A stretch of 44,975 nucleotides of DNA. Source: a virus (taxonomy: Duplodnaviria; Caudoviricetes). Every line of letters starts with the position of its first letter. The stretch's first letter is position 1. This document shows, piece after piece, positions 29,184 to 37,860 of the stretch. Location of the stretch: positions 1-44,975 of the IMG/VR virus record IMGVR_UViG_3300044976_000012. One strand, 5' to 3'. The notes under the pieces are model-generated. The model made no database searches, was not told the DNA's origin, and was given only the letters and a program-made list of their open reading frames with translations. The position numbers and the translations under genes were made by a program.

Positions 29184-31474
29184 CGTGCGATCTCAGCTAG
29201 TGCGGGGAGTCCGCCCTCTGCACGGGCAGCGAGAACCCTCATGCGGATCGCATCGGTGGCATCGCCCTCGTTGACGAGGACGAACCCTGCGGCCAGCACC
29301 GTGCCGACCTCGTCGCTGTCGTCGCCCGACGCGAGCACAACCGCTTGCGGCCTCGGGATCGTGAACCCCGGGAGGTTGCACGTCAGGATGCCCGTCAGCT
29401 CGTGCTTCCCCTGCACGGGCCGCCAGTCGCCGGACAGGTTCGCGGCCTTGAACGCCCGGCGCTTCTCGTCGCTCAGATCCGGGCGGATCGCCCCCGAGAA
29501 CCAATACCCGAACTCGTCCATGCCGACGACGACGTCCGCGACCGCGAGGCCCGTGTCGTCGTAGCGACGCCGTGCTGCCTGCGCTGTCAGAGCGACGTCA
29601 CCGTGATCGGTGTCCATCACGATCGTGCCGACCGCGATGTCGTCGCCCTCCGCCGTCGTGAGGCTGCCCTGCATGAACATCGACAGATCGTTCACTCGTG
29701 GCGGCTGCAAGCATCCGCCCTTACCGACGTGGCAGCTGTTCCACCCTGCGAAGTGACCGTAGACGTGTCCTTCGTCCGTGACCGTCTTCGGCGTCAGCCC
29801 CGTGAACGTCGGCCGCTTGAACCAGTCGAGCGGCGGGTGCAGCGGAGCGTGTCCTGCTGCGCTCGCGGTGATGACGTCGGGCGGTGACGCTGCCAGCCGG
29901 ATCGGCGCCCACAGCTTGCAGCTCATCTGCCGGTCGCCATCCGCGCTCGCCGTCACGACCGCGATGCGTGCGTCCGCGAACGCCGGAGTCGGGCACACCG
30001 TGGCCGCCATGATCTCGGCCTCCAGAATCGCGTACTCCAGCTCTCCGAAGAACGCGCGCTCCCAATCGGCCTCGCTCATCTCCTCCGGGTCGAGGATCTC
30101 GCCGGTGTCCGGGTCGCGGAACGCCCACTCGCTGATCGCGAGGTCGACGCTGACGCCGCGCAGCGTCTCGTCGTCAACCATGCGAGCGATGTCGGCGCCG
30201 TTCTCGCCGCCGTCATCGAAGACGCCGTACGCACGGATCGCCGCGACACCCGACGGCAGCTTCCCGCCGTCCATATCCTTCGACGTGTCGCGCAAGAACG
30301 AGTCCATCCGGCCCGCGACGAACGCCCCGTCGTGACCGTCCGCCGTGACCGTCTGCGCCATCAGCGTCAGCGGCGGCGTCCTCCAGCTCAGGCCTTCCGT
30401 CTTGCCGCCGCGGTAGGCGGTGCCCGCCGGAGCGATGAACCGGCCGTCGCCCGTTGCGGTGCCCTCAAACGCAACGTCCGACACCCACGGCGTGCCCGTC
30501 GGCGCCTCGGCCTCTACGACCGCCAGCTCCTGCGTCGTGCCGCGCGTCACCGTGAACGCCCCTGCTCCGTTCCCTGCCGTGCCGAACGTGCCTGATGCGT
30601 GCCCGACGATCTCGCCGTTCGCGAGGATCGGGATGCGGACTTCCGGCGCACCGGCGGTCAGCTCCATGTTGACTGAACCCTTCATCGTTCCCTCCTCCTC
30701 GTGCGTAGCGGACGCCGTGACGGCGGCCTCGTCGTAGATCACGGTACAGCGGCAGTTGATGACTTCCTCGTCGCTGCCGCTCGGGTCGCCCGGGTAGTCC
30801 AGCAGCTCGCCGCCCACGTCGAACTGACCGTCCATCGGAACCGTCTGCCCGTCGGCCTCCACGTGCGTCTCGCGGGTGCGGTCGTCCGGCGTCGCCAGCC
30901 ACGTCTTCGTGCTGCCGGGCGGCATGACCTCGCGGGCCGCGACGATGCTGCCGCCGTTCGCCAGTCCGATCAGATCGGTGCGGGCCAGCGCCTCCGCGGT
31001 GTACCCGGCGATGCCGTAGACGCCCGCCTGGATCTCGGCTGCCGTCTCCGGCACCGTCCACCCCTGCGCGCTCGCTGTCTCGATCGTCTTCCGCAGCGAG
31101 TCGGCCATGCTCTTGTCGAGATCGCGTGCCCGGATGCCGATGTGATCGAGCAACGCCGGGACGAGCAACGGTGCCACGTCGAACGACACGCCCGCGCTCG
31201 TCAGCACCCCTTCGACCATCCGCTCGACCGCGCTCCGGCGCAACCTTGCGGTGTCGCGCTTCACGTCCGCGGCCAGCTCGGCCGGGTCGTACAGCTCGTC
31301 CTCCCGGGCTGCCGCGAGCACCGCGTCGCCGCTCGCCGTCAGGTACGCGGCCTTCGCCTTCCGGCCGAACCGGCGCAGCACCTTCGCGTACGCCGCCGCC
31401 AGCGGTTCCGTCAGCTCCGCGAGAATCGCGTCGCGCGCCTCCTCGACCGCCGCATTCAGCTCGGCTCCCGTCAT
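29180..31474 (-). CDS. MuF-like minor head protein fused to capsid maturation protease
   Basis: KTWLATPDDRTRETH..ADGQ...F.VGG..L.YPGDP....EVINCRC (MuF), then EGT.TGDGR, GH.GA, GVSVD, TPAF and LSGDWR protease-type motifs. Confidence 0.88.
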   Translation of the reverse strand: MTGAELNAAVEEARDAILAELTEPLAAAYAKVLRRFGRKAKAAYLTASGDAVLAAAREDELYDPAELAADVKRDTARLRRSAVERMVEGVLTSAGVSFDVAPLLVPALLDHIGIRARDLDKSMADSLRKTIETASAQGWTVPETAAEIQAGVYGIAGYTAEALARTDLIGLANGGSIVAAREVMPPGSTKTWLATPDDRTRETHVEADGQTVPMDGQFDVGGELLDYPGDPSGSDEEVINCRCTVIYDEAAVTASATHEEEGTMKGSVNMELTAGAPEVRIPILANGEIVGHASGTFGTAGNGAGAFTVTRGTTQELAVVEAEAPTGTPWVSDVAFEGTATGDGRFIAPAGTAYRGGKTEGLSWRTPPLTLMAQTVTADGHDGAFVAGRMDSFLRDTSKDMDGGKLPSGVAAIRAYGVFDDGGENGADIARMVDDETLRGVSVDLAISEWAFRDPDTGEILDPEEMSEADWERAFFGELEYAILEAEIMAATVCPTPAFADARIAVVTASADGDRQMSCKLWAPIRLAASPPDVITASAAGHAPLHPPLDWFKRPTFTGLTPKTVTDEGHVYGHFAGWNSCHVGKGGCLQPPRVNDLSMFMQGSLTTAEGDDIAVGTIVMDTDHGDVALTAQAARRRYDDTGLAVADVVVGMDEFGYWFSGAIRPDLSDEKRRAFKAANLSGDWRPVQGKHELTGILTCNLPGFTIPRPQAVVLASGDDSDEVGTVLAAGFVLVNEGDATDAIRMRVLAARAEGGLPALAEIAR

Positions 31475-33327
31475 CGTGCGCTCCTGCTCAGAACCGCGCG
31501 GATCGCCGCCTGCGGGAACGGCGCCGGGTCGGCGTCGAACAGCGTGCGGGCCGCGTGATCCTCAACGAGCTTCGCGAGCGCGTCCGACAGCGTGCCGCTG
31601 ACGCCGATGCGCTCCGCGACGAGCGAGAACAGCGGCTCCTTCGACGAGACGAGCGCCGCCGCCGAAGCCGCTCCCAGGTCGGCGCACGTCTCCATGCCGA
31701 GCGCCGCCGCGACCCTGCTGTTCGCCAGTCCGTCGATCGTCTCCTTGCACGGCGGGCAGGCGTTCGCCTTCCCACGCAGCTTCGCCCCGGCGCCCTCGCG
31801 GTGCCGTAGGACAGCCAGCTCGGCAGCCCCGACGAGCGCCGCGACCGTCGCGTCACCACCGGCGTCGCCCTCGCCTGCCGCGGGCGTGTCGGCGGGCGGC
31901 GGCCCCGCCTCCGCATCCGTTCCTCCCGCCGGTGCCAGTGCTGCGCTCGGGTCGGTCGGCGTCTTCCCGAGGAACCGCAGCATCATCTCGATCTCGGCTT
32001 CGTCCTTCGGCGCCGCCTCGTCCGGCCAGCCCATCGCCTCACGGTACGCCTCGTATCCGATCGCTCCCGCCGCGAGCGCGTCCTTCGCGTCGTCGCCCCT
32101 GTCCGGGTTCGTCAGGATCTCGCTCGCGTCGAACGCATACACGTACTTCTCCGGGTCAGCGATGCCCTCCGCGACCAGCGTCGGCCGGAAGTACGCGGCC
32201 GTGATGTCGTCAACGTACTGGCGGGCTACCGGCTCCGCGTGCCGCCATGCGTCCCGCTCGATCTGCCAGCCGCCCCAATGGTTGACGCCGCCGGTGCCCG
32301 TCAGGATCTCCATCGGCATATCGAGGCCGATACCGAGCCGAGCGATCGTCTGCTCCCTGAGTGCGTTCTCGGGGAACGCCTCGTCCGTGTCGCGGAGCTT
32401 GATGTGCTTGATCTTGTCGCCCGCTTCGGCCGGGCCGCGCACGAGCAGCGGTGCGACGCTGCCTGCGCTGCCCTGATCCTCGATCGGCGCCAGGATCGCC
32501 TTGATCAGCTCCGTCAGGAACGGGTCTTCGGCCGGGTTCTCCGCGCCCACGACGGGCCTCGGCCCCGGCAGCGTGATCTCGTTCGGGATGAACAGGACGC
32601 CGTTGCCCGCGAGCCGCGAGATGCTGCGTGCTCGGATGACGAGCGTGAGGATCGCCAGCTCCTCGCACAAGTCGAGGACGGCGCGCATCGGTGCGTCCGC
32701 GAGCGCCGAATACATCGCGTCGCGCTGCCAGATCCGGTAGACGCGGCTGCCGTCCGGCAGCGGCTCGCCCATCGACGACTGGCCGCCCGCCGGGAACCGC
32801 ATGAACGTGCGGCCGCTCATATCGCCGCGCAGCTCGGCCGTCGACAGCATCTCCCATCCCTCCGGCACCGTGTCGCCGCCGACCTCGTGCTCCGGCTGAT
32901 TCGTCAGCAGAGCTTCGCCGGTGCAGAACATCAGGCGGCCGTACTGCGTCGTCAGCCCTTGCGTGCCGCCGCCCGGGTCGCGGATGCGGCTCGCGATCTC
33001 CTTCACCCGTTCGTCCTCCGTCTCGACGATCTTGCCGTCCGGCTGAATCTCACCGGCGTAGAACCGCAGCCGCCGCAGCGGCCTCGCGTAGAAGTCGGAC
33101 GCGTAGCGGATCTCGCCGAGCCGGTGCCGGTAGCCGAGCGCTTCCAGCTGCCACGGCTGCGCGACACGACGCAGCTCCTCGGCCGCGTTCTCGCTGTCCG
33201 TGATCTCGACGGCCGACCCGAGGATCGCCGCCTTCAACGACACGCGGAACCGCGGGTCGTTCGGGTTGAAGACGATCGTCTCGACGTTCTTCCGTCTGCG
33301 ACCGAACAGGTCGTCGAACAGCCCCAC
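31471..33327 (-). CDS. Portal protein
   Basis: 618 aa upstream of MuF/protease; WQ.EA, SRLAGNGVLFIPNEI and RL..GLDMP.EILTG....NHW..WQI motifs. Confidence 0.9.
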   Translation of the reverse strand: MGLFDDLFGRRRKNVETIVFNPNDPRFRVSLKAAILGSAVEITDSENAAEELRRVAQPWQLEALGYRHRLGEIRYASDFYARPLRRLRFYAGEIQPDGKIVETEDERVKEIASRIRDPGGGTQGLTTQYGRLMFCTGEALLTNQPEHEVGGDTVPEGWEMLSTAELRGDMSGRTFMRFPAGGQSSMGEPLPDGSRVYRIWQRDAMYSALADAPMRAVLDLCEELAILTLVIRARSISRLAGNGVLFIPNEITLPGPRPVVGAENPAEDPFLTELIKAILAPIEDQGSAGSVAPLLVRGPAEAGDKIKHIKLRDTDEAFPENALREQTIARLGIGLDMPMEILTGTGGVNHWGGWQIERDAWRHAEPVARQYVDDITAAYFRPTLVAEGIADPEKYVYAFDASEILTNPDRGDDAKDALAAGAIGYEAYREAMGWPDEAAPKDEAEIEMMLRFLGKTPTDPSAALAPAGGTDAEAGPPPADTPAAGEGDAGGDATVAALVGAAELAVLRHREGAGAKLRGKANACPPCKETIDGLANSRVAAALGMETCADLGAASAAALVSSKEPLFSLVAERIGVSGTLSDALAKLVEDHAARTLFDADPAPFPQAAIRAVLSRSAR

Positions 33328-33467
33328 TAGCGTGCCTGCTGCATTCGCGCCCGGCGTGCGTCCTCGTCAGCCTGCCGTTGCGCTCGCGCCTCGGCCCGCT
33401 TCGCCCTCGCGTCTGCCTGCTGCGCCTCGCGCTCCGCGCGCCGCTTCGCGCATCCACTGCAAGCCAT
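33327..33467 (-). CDS. 46-aa basic protein (MACSGCAKRR...)
   Basis: GAGGAGG SD before ATG 33467; stop overlaps the portal start. Confidence 0.65.
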   Translation of the reverse strand: MACSGCAKRRAEREAQQADARAKRAEARAQRQADEDARRARMQQAR

Positions 33468-33500
33468 GCCGTCCTCCTCGTGTCTCGGGGTACGAGTCAG

Positions 33501-33522
33501 ATGGTAGGCGGAATGGGTGACG
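33501..33522 (-). promoter_or_regulatory. Putative late promoter CGTCACC-N9-TACCAT for the portal operon
   Basis: Immediately downstream of the island terminator. Confidence 0.7.
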
Positions 33523-33526
33523 TGCG

Positions 33527-33562
33527 CCACGAGAGAGGGCGCCTGCGCGGGCGCCCTCTCTC
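33527..33562 (-). terminator. Terminator-like hairpin closing the large island
   Basis: 13-bp inverted repeat GAGAGAGGGCGCC-N6-GGCGCCCTCTCTC, homologous to the 28058-28085 hairpin. Confidence 0.75.
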
Positions 33563-33591
33563 TCGTCGGCCGTGCCCTCGGGGGAGGAGGG

Positions 33592-33795
33592 CTATCGGGC
33601 CGCCGCTTCCCGCAGCGCCTCGTCGGCGGCGAGAAGATCGTCCCAGCTCAGGCCGCAAGTGTCGCAGCGCCACCGGTCGATGATCGTGCCGATCTTGCAG
33701 TCCGGGCAGCGGACGTCGTCGTCGGCCGGTGCCGCGTACTCGTCGCCCTGCGGCTCCGGGTTGTAGTCCGGCCCATCCGTAAAGTCGTAGCTCAT
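33592..33795 (-). CDS. Small acidic Zn-ribbon protein
   Basis: CPDC...CDTC; coupled start. Confidence 0.7.
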   Translation of the reverse strand: MSYDFTDGPDYNPEPQGDEYAAPADDDVRCPDCKIGTIIDRWRCDTCGLSWDDLLAADEALREAAAR

Positions 33796-34148
33796 CGTTG
33801 CCTCTCGATCCGCCGTAACGTCGTTACGACCTCGACGTCACCGGCGACGCGAGCCGCGAACGAGATGACCCAGCCCTTGTCCTGCGACGGGTGCATCACG
33901 AAACGCTGCCCGAGCGGCATCAGGCCGCCTCCTCCATGCCGGTGCCGCTCGATGACGTAGAAGCCTCGCGGTCGTTCGTCGTACACGAGGCCTCGGCTCA
34001 TCGCGTCCCTCACGTCCGCCGCGATAGACGCAGCTACCGTCGCGTCGTCCTTCCCGTCGTAGCTCTTAAAGCGCGCGCGGGCCTGCTCGACGGCGTGAGG
34101 CATGACGTGGACGTTGCCGTCGATCGGTGTCGGCCCGATCTGCCCCAT
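33792..34148 (-). CDS. Hypothetical protein (HAVEQ...VVT; possibly RelE-like fold)
   Basis: GAGGAGG SD. The HA.E...R N-terminal helix and terminal VVT strand are suggestive only. Confidence 0.6.
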   Translation of the reverse strand: MGQIGPTPIDGNVHVMPHAVEQARARFKSYDGKDDATVAASIAADVRDAMSRGLVYDERPRGFYVIERHRHGGGGLMPLGQRFVMHPSQDKGWVISFAARVAGDVEVVTTLRRIERQR

Positions 34149-34627
34149 CACTCCTCCTCTCCAGGCGCCGTGATCTCGATGGCGAACAGCGGCTCTAGCT
34201 GATCCATGAGCGCGGCCGTCGCGACGAGGACGCTGTCCTCGCCGCCTTGCGGGCCGACGGTCGCCCACCTGACGAGGCCCGCCTCGACGCACGCGGCTGT
34301 CGCCTGCTGATGACGCAGCGACCACTCCGTATGTCGTCTCGGCGTGAAGCGCATCTCGACCTCGGCGCCTCCTCCGCTGTCGACGGTGATGCGCGCCGCC
34401 GTCGCCATCTCGTCGTCCGCGGCGTTGATCGTGACCGCGCTGATGTACGTCCTCACTTGCCTCTCCTTCTCTCTCCGCGCTCGCTCCATCATCCTGCGGT
34501 GCGTCGCGCAGTACCGGTGGATTGTCGCGCCTGACGGCAGCGTCGCGACCTTGTTGCCGCACGCGCTGCCGTCCCTGTTCGTCGCCGCGCAGTAGGCATA
34601 CCCGCGTCTCCAGCTCCTCGGCATCAC
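34148..34627 (-). CDS. Protein with N-terminal C-x9-C...C-x2-H Zn finger
   Basis: CAATNRDGSACGN...YCATH; coupled to the GATase stop. Confidence 0.65.
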   Translation of the reverse strand: MMPRSWRRGYAYCAATNRDGSACGNKVATLPSGATIHRYCATHRRMMERARREKERQVRTYISAVTINAADDEMATAARITVDSGGGAEVEMRFTPRRHTEWSLRHQQATAACVEAGLVRWATVGPQGGEDSVLVATAALMDQLEPLFAIEITAPGEEE

Positions 34628-35679
34628 AGCCCCCATTCGATGTCGTCGCGCTCGTCGATGAGCGCGTTCAGTGTGTCGAGGTTCGCAAGGTACTCGTCCT
34701 CCAGCGCCGTCGCCGGGTCAGGCATCGCGACACCGTAGACGGCCTCGTACGCCTCCTCCCGCGAGCAGCTTCCCCACCGCATCAGGTCGTCGACCTCCGT
34801 GTCCATCCACGGCTCGTGCTCCGTGACGGACAGGAGGTTGCCCTGCACCGGCGGGAGCGCCTTCGCCTGCGTCGCCTTCGGCGTCGTCGGCGTGCCCGCC
34901 TTCCGGCCCTTGCCCTTGCGGCCCTTGCTCGTGTAGCGCGTCGGCTTCGCCCACTTCCTCGCCTCCGGCCGCGTCAGCGCCTCGCTCGTGACCTTGCCGT
35001 TCACTCGGAGCATCGTGCGCTCGGCCAGCACGATCCACGTGCCGTCCGTCGGCCGGTTCGGCCTGCGGCCGTACGCGAACTTCCAGGCCCGCTCGATCGC
35101 CCGCCGCTCGCTCGCCCACACGATCGTCGTGTCGGTCACGAGGACGTGCATCGGGTAGCCGTTCGTGCGGGCCAGGATGACCTCGGTCGGGAAGTCGGCG
35201 TGGACGATCGCGGTGGCCGCGCCGCCGTCGAGCTGCGACAGCGCCTTGTTCGCGTTCGCCCATCCGAGCCGGTCGATGAGCGCCGGGATCACGATGCTGT
35301 CGACCTCGGCCGTCCGCTCCATCGAGTAGCGGGCGAACAGCTCGCGGTCGTTGTAGATCGTGCCGTTGTGGATCGCGGCCGCCCGTCCTGCCGTCACCGG
35401 GTGCGCGTTGTTCGGGTCGTCGGCGCGGCCGCGTGTCGCGAACCGGGTGTGAAGCAGCACCGTCCGCGCGTCCGGCGCGAACCGGTTGCGGACGAGCACG
35501 AACAGCGCCGCCGCCTCCGTCACCTTCTGCGTCTGCGTGCTGCCGTCGTCCTTCATCGCGAGGAAGCCGGTCGCGTCGCTGCCGCGATGGCTGATTCCAA
35601 GCAGGAGGCCGTCGGCCAGCTTGCCGAGCCTCGGTACGGGCTGGTCGCCCCTACGGTGAATGCCTGCGATGCCACACAT
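34624..35679 (-). CDS. Class II (Ntn) glutamine amidotransferase
   Basis: MCGIAG N-terminal nucleophile, RGSDATG, HTRFATRG, NNAHP, HNGTIYN, EVDS. Confidence 0.92.
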   Translation of the reverse strand: MCGIAGIHRRGDQPVPRLGKLADGLLLGISHRGSDATGFLAMKDDGSTQTQKVTEAAALFVLVRNRFAPDARTVLLHTRFATRGRADDPNNAHPVTAGRAAAIHNGTIYNDRELFARYSMERTAEVDSIVIPALIDRLGWANANKALSQLDGGAATAIVHADFPTEVILARTNGYPMHVLVTDTTIVWASERRAIERAWKFAYGRRPNRPTDGTWIVLAERTMLRVNGKVTSEALTRPEARKWAKPTRYTSKGRKGKGRKAGTPTTPKATQAKALPPVQGNLLSVTEHEPWMDTEVDDLMRWGSCSREEAYEAVYGVAMPDPATALEDEYLANLDTLNALIDERDDIEWGL

Positions 35680-35684
35680 CTCGT

Positions 35685-35759
35685 CTCCTCCTCGGGAGTC
35701 GGTTTACGTTGTCCCGTCAATCATGCCTGCGCCCGGCGCCCCTGTCAAATAGTTATCGG
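35685..35759 (-). promoter_or_regulatory. Full expression cassette
   Basis: CCGATAACTA 35759-35750, TTGACA 35748-35743, N17, CATGAT 35725-35720, CGACTCCCGAGGAGGAG 35701-35685. Confidence 0.9.
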
Positions 35760-36047
35760 TTCGCTGTCGTCTCGGAAGAAGAGCGCCGCCCGTACGCCAC
35801 AGTCGTCGGAGTGCCCTAGTCGCTGCTCGCCTCCGCACTCGGGGCACGTCTGCTGTCCGATCCACTGACTGCCGTTCCACTCGGCCTCGACCAGCGCCTC
35901 GTACGCCGTCCTCGCCCACGCCGCGAGCGCCGGTGCCAACGCGACCAGCTCCTCCCGGCACTCCTGCCTCGTCGCTGCGTGGCGGCGCCCGTCGCGCTCG
36001 ATCTTCGCGACCCGCTCGACGTGCTCGATCAGCTCGTCCGCGTTCAC
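35745..36047 (-). CDS. Hypothetical protein with CPEC...H...C motif
   Basis: GTG 36047 overlaps the upstream stop; its TGA lies inside the TTGACA box. Confidence 0.65.
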   Translation of the reverse strand: MNADELIEHVERVAKIERDGRRHAATRQECREELVALAPALAAWARTAYEALVEAEWNGSQWIGQQTCPECGGEQRLGHSDDCGVRAALFFRDDSEPITI

Positions 36048-36181
36048 GGCTTCAGTGTGCCGCCGGTGCACACGAGGTCGGCGTTCCCGAAGCGTCGGCG
36101 TGCGAGGTCGAACGCGAACGCGAGCGTCGGGCTGTAGAACGTCTTGCCGTTGATGCGCCAGTAGCGCCACGTGCTGGTCAT
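36044..36181 (-). CDS. 45-aa hypothetical protein (MTSTWRYWRINGK...)
   Basis: GGAGGAG SD, ATGA overlap. Confidence 0.6.
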   Translation of the reverse strand: MTSTWRYWRINGKTFYSPTLAFAFDLARRRFGNADLVCTGGTLKP

Positions 36182-36819
36182 AGCTCCTCCTCCGGCATGA
36201 ACGTGCCGTCGATGATGACGCCCACCACAACGTCGGGATCGGTGTCGAGCGCCTGCTCGCAGCCGGGGCACGCGATCGTGCCTGCCTTCGCGGTGAAGAT
36301 GTTGCAGTCGGGGCAGCGGCGGCCGTCCTCCCCGACGATCGTGTTGCCGCACCGGCTGCACTCGTACACCGGCTGGTCGAACGCCTCGCCGTCGTCCACG
36401 TGGTCGCACTCGGGGCACTTGTAACGCTCGACGCGCTCCGTCTCGGCCGTGACCTTAGCCCGGCGTGCCTTGCGGGCCGCCTTCGCCTCAGCGGCCCGCT
36501 CCGCGCTCCGCGCGTCCATGGCCGCCTTCGTCACTTGCCACCGTTCGTCGGCCAGCCGCTCGGCCTCGGCGTTCTCGTCGGCCAGCATCCGGTAGAGGTA
36601 TACGCCGATCGCCTCGGCCTTCTCCCACTCCCCGATCGAGTTGCCGAGGCCCGACCCGCTCTTGTTCGTCTTGCCGCGCCAGATCGTGACCTCGTACCTC
36701 GGCGGCTGCCCGTCCCACGAGTCGTGAGACGTGCGAACCTCGACGCCGAAGCTGTCCGTCTCGGCTCCCAGGTGCAGCTCGCGGCGGCCGTTCGGCCACT
36801 TCTCTTCTCGGCGGATCAC
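36178..36819 (-). CDS. Protein with C-terminal double zinc ribbon (4 CxxC)
   Basis: CPEC, CSRC, CPDC, CPGC; GTG 36819 overlaps the upstream stop. Confidence 0.7.
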   Translation of the reverse strand: MIRREEKWPNGRRELHLGAETDSFGVEVRTSHDSWDGQPPRYEVTIWRGKTNKSGSGLGNSIGEWEKAEAIGVYLYRMLADENAEAERLADERWQVTKAAMDARSAERAAEAKAARKARRAKVTAETERVERYKCPECDHVDDGEAFDQPVYECSRCGNTIVGEDGRRCPDCNIFTAKAGTIACPGCEQALDTDPDVVVGVIIDGTFMPEEEL

Positions 36820-37184
36820 GACTGCTCCAGCAGGTCGCGCATGTCGCCGCCCGCCTCCAGGTACTCGTGCATGATCGCGTCGCGTCCGGCGTCGCTCGCC
36901 TCGGTGTGGAATCGGCCCGCGATCCACGCGAGGTCGACGCCGTCGTCCTTCGGCTCGTCGTCGATCGTGACCAGCTTCGCGTGCGCCAGCTCAGCGAAGA
37001 ACGTCTCCGCGTCCACGTCCGGGTCGATCTCCGTCCGCGACCAGCGCCACGCGCGCTTCGCCATCGCCGTGCGGAACCCCTCCGGCGTGTAGTACCGCCA
37101 CTGCGTCTCCCGCACCAGCTCCTCCAGCGCCTCCCACGTGCTCGCGCTGTCCTGCTGTCCGTTGCTCCAAGTGATCGTCGGCAT
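36816..37184 (-). CDS. Hypothetical protein (MPTITWSNG...)
   Basis: AGGAGGAG SD before ATG 37184. Confidence 0.75.
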   Translation of the reverse strand: MPTITWSNGQQDSASTWEALEELVRETQWRYYTPEGFRTAMAKRAWRWSRTEIDPDVDAETFFAELAHAKLVTIDDEPKDDGVDLAWIAGRFHTEASDAGRDAIMHEYLEAGGDMRDLLEQS

Positions 37185-37306
37185 CTCGTCTCCTCCTGTC
37201 CTGCGGCCGCCTAGACGGCGACCGCTCCGAACTCCACCGCTCGTCCCAGGAGGAACGTGCGGGCCGTCTCGTCGCGCACGGGCCGAAGGTGTCCACGCGC
37301 GAGGGG

Positions 37307-37480
37307 TCATCCGACGCGCTCGACCTTCGTGATCTTGGTGCACGTCACGTACTTGCCGCCGACGCCTTCGATCGTCGCCACGACGATCATCCCGCGTGCC
37401 GCCTCGGCGTTGTCGGCGACGACGAACTCGACGTGCTTCTTGGCCTTCGAGCACTGATATGAGACTGCGTATTGGGGCAT
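37307..37480 (-). CDS. 57-aa hypothetical protein (MPQYAVSYQCSKAKKHVEF...)
   Basis: ATG directly after the start-associated sequence; manual translation to TGA 37309-37307; below the track cut-off. Confidence 0.75.
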   Translation of the reverse strand: MPQYAVSYQCSKAKKHVEFVVADNAEAARGMIVVATIEGVGGKYVTCTKITKVERVG

Positions 37481-37485
37481 CTCGT

Positions 37486-37561
37486 CTCCTCCTCGGGAGT
37501 CGGTGTTTGGCTGACTTCTTAATCATGCCTGCTCGTCCGAGCGTTGTCAAGTATTTATCTG
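37486..37561 (-). promoter_or_regulatory. Full expression cassette
   Basis: CAGATAAATA 37561-37552, TTGACA 37550-37545, N17, CATGAT 37527-37522, CGACTCCCGAGGAGGAG 37502-37486. Confidence 0.9.
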
Positions 37562-37575
37562 GCCGATGTTCGGGC

Positions 37576-37860
37576 CTACTGTTTTAGGGCGTGCGCGGCC
37601 GCTCCGACCGCCGCGCTCAAAGCGAACGGCGTGGAGCACGCGAGCGTCGCGTCGGGCCACCACCACCACGTCGCCCAGAGGGCGCCGCCGATCCAGAAGC
37701 CGAGGCACCACGGGCACGCGATGAACTCGTCCGTCTGCGGCCACCGTTCCACGAATCGGTCGCGCTGCCGGTCGAGGATCGTGTCGTCCGCGAGCAGCTT
37801 CCACAGACGGAACGCTGCCGCGGCCAGCACCACCATCGCCCACGGCCCCGGCGTGCTCAT
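37576..37860 (-). CDS. DUF1360-like membrane protein
   Basis: AAFRLWKLLADDTILD...CPWCLGFW motif. Confidence 0.75.
   Translation of the reverse strand: MSTPGPWAMVVLAAAAFRLWKLLADDTILDRQRDRFVERWPQTDEFIACPWCLGFWIGGALWATWWWWPDATLACSTPFALSAAVGAAAHALKQ

Noticed and set aside
28090-37306. Self-cleaving ribozymes in the structured spacers
   Set aside because: I could not fit hammerhead (CUGANGA...GAAA) or HDV-like cores by eye; an Infernal search would be needed.
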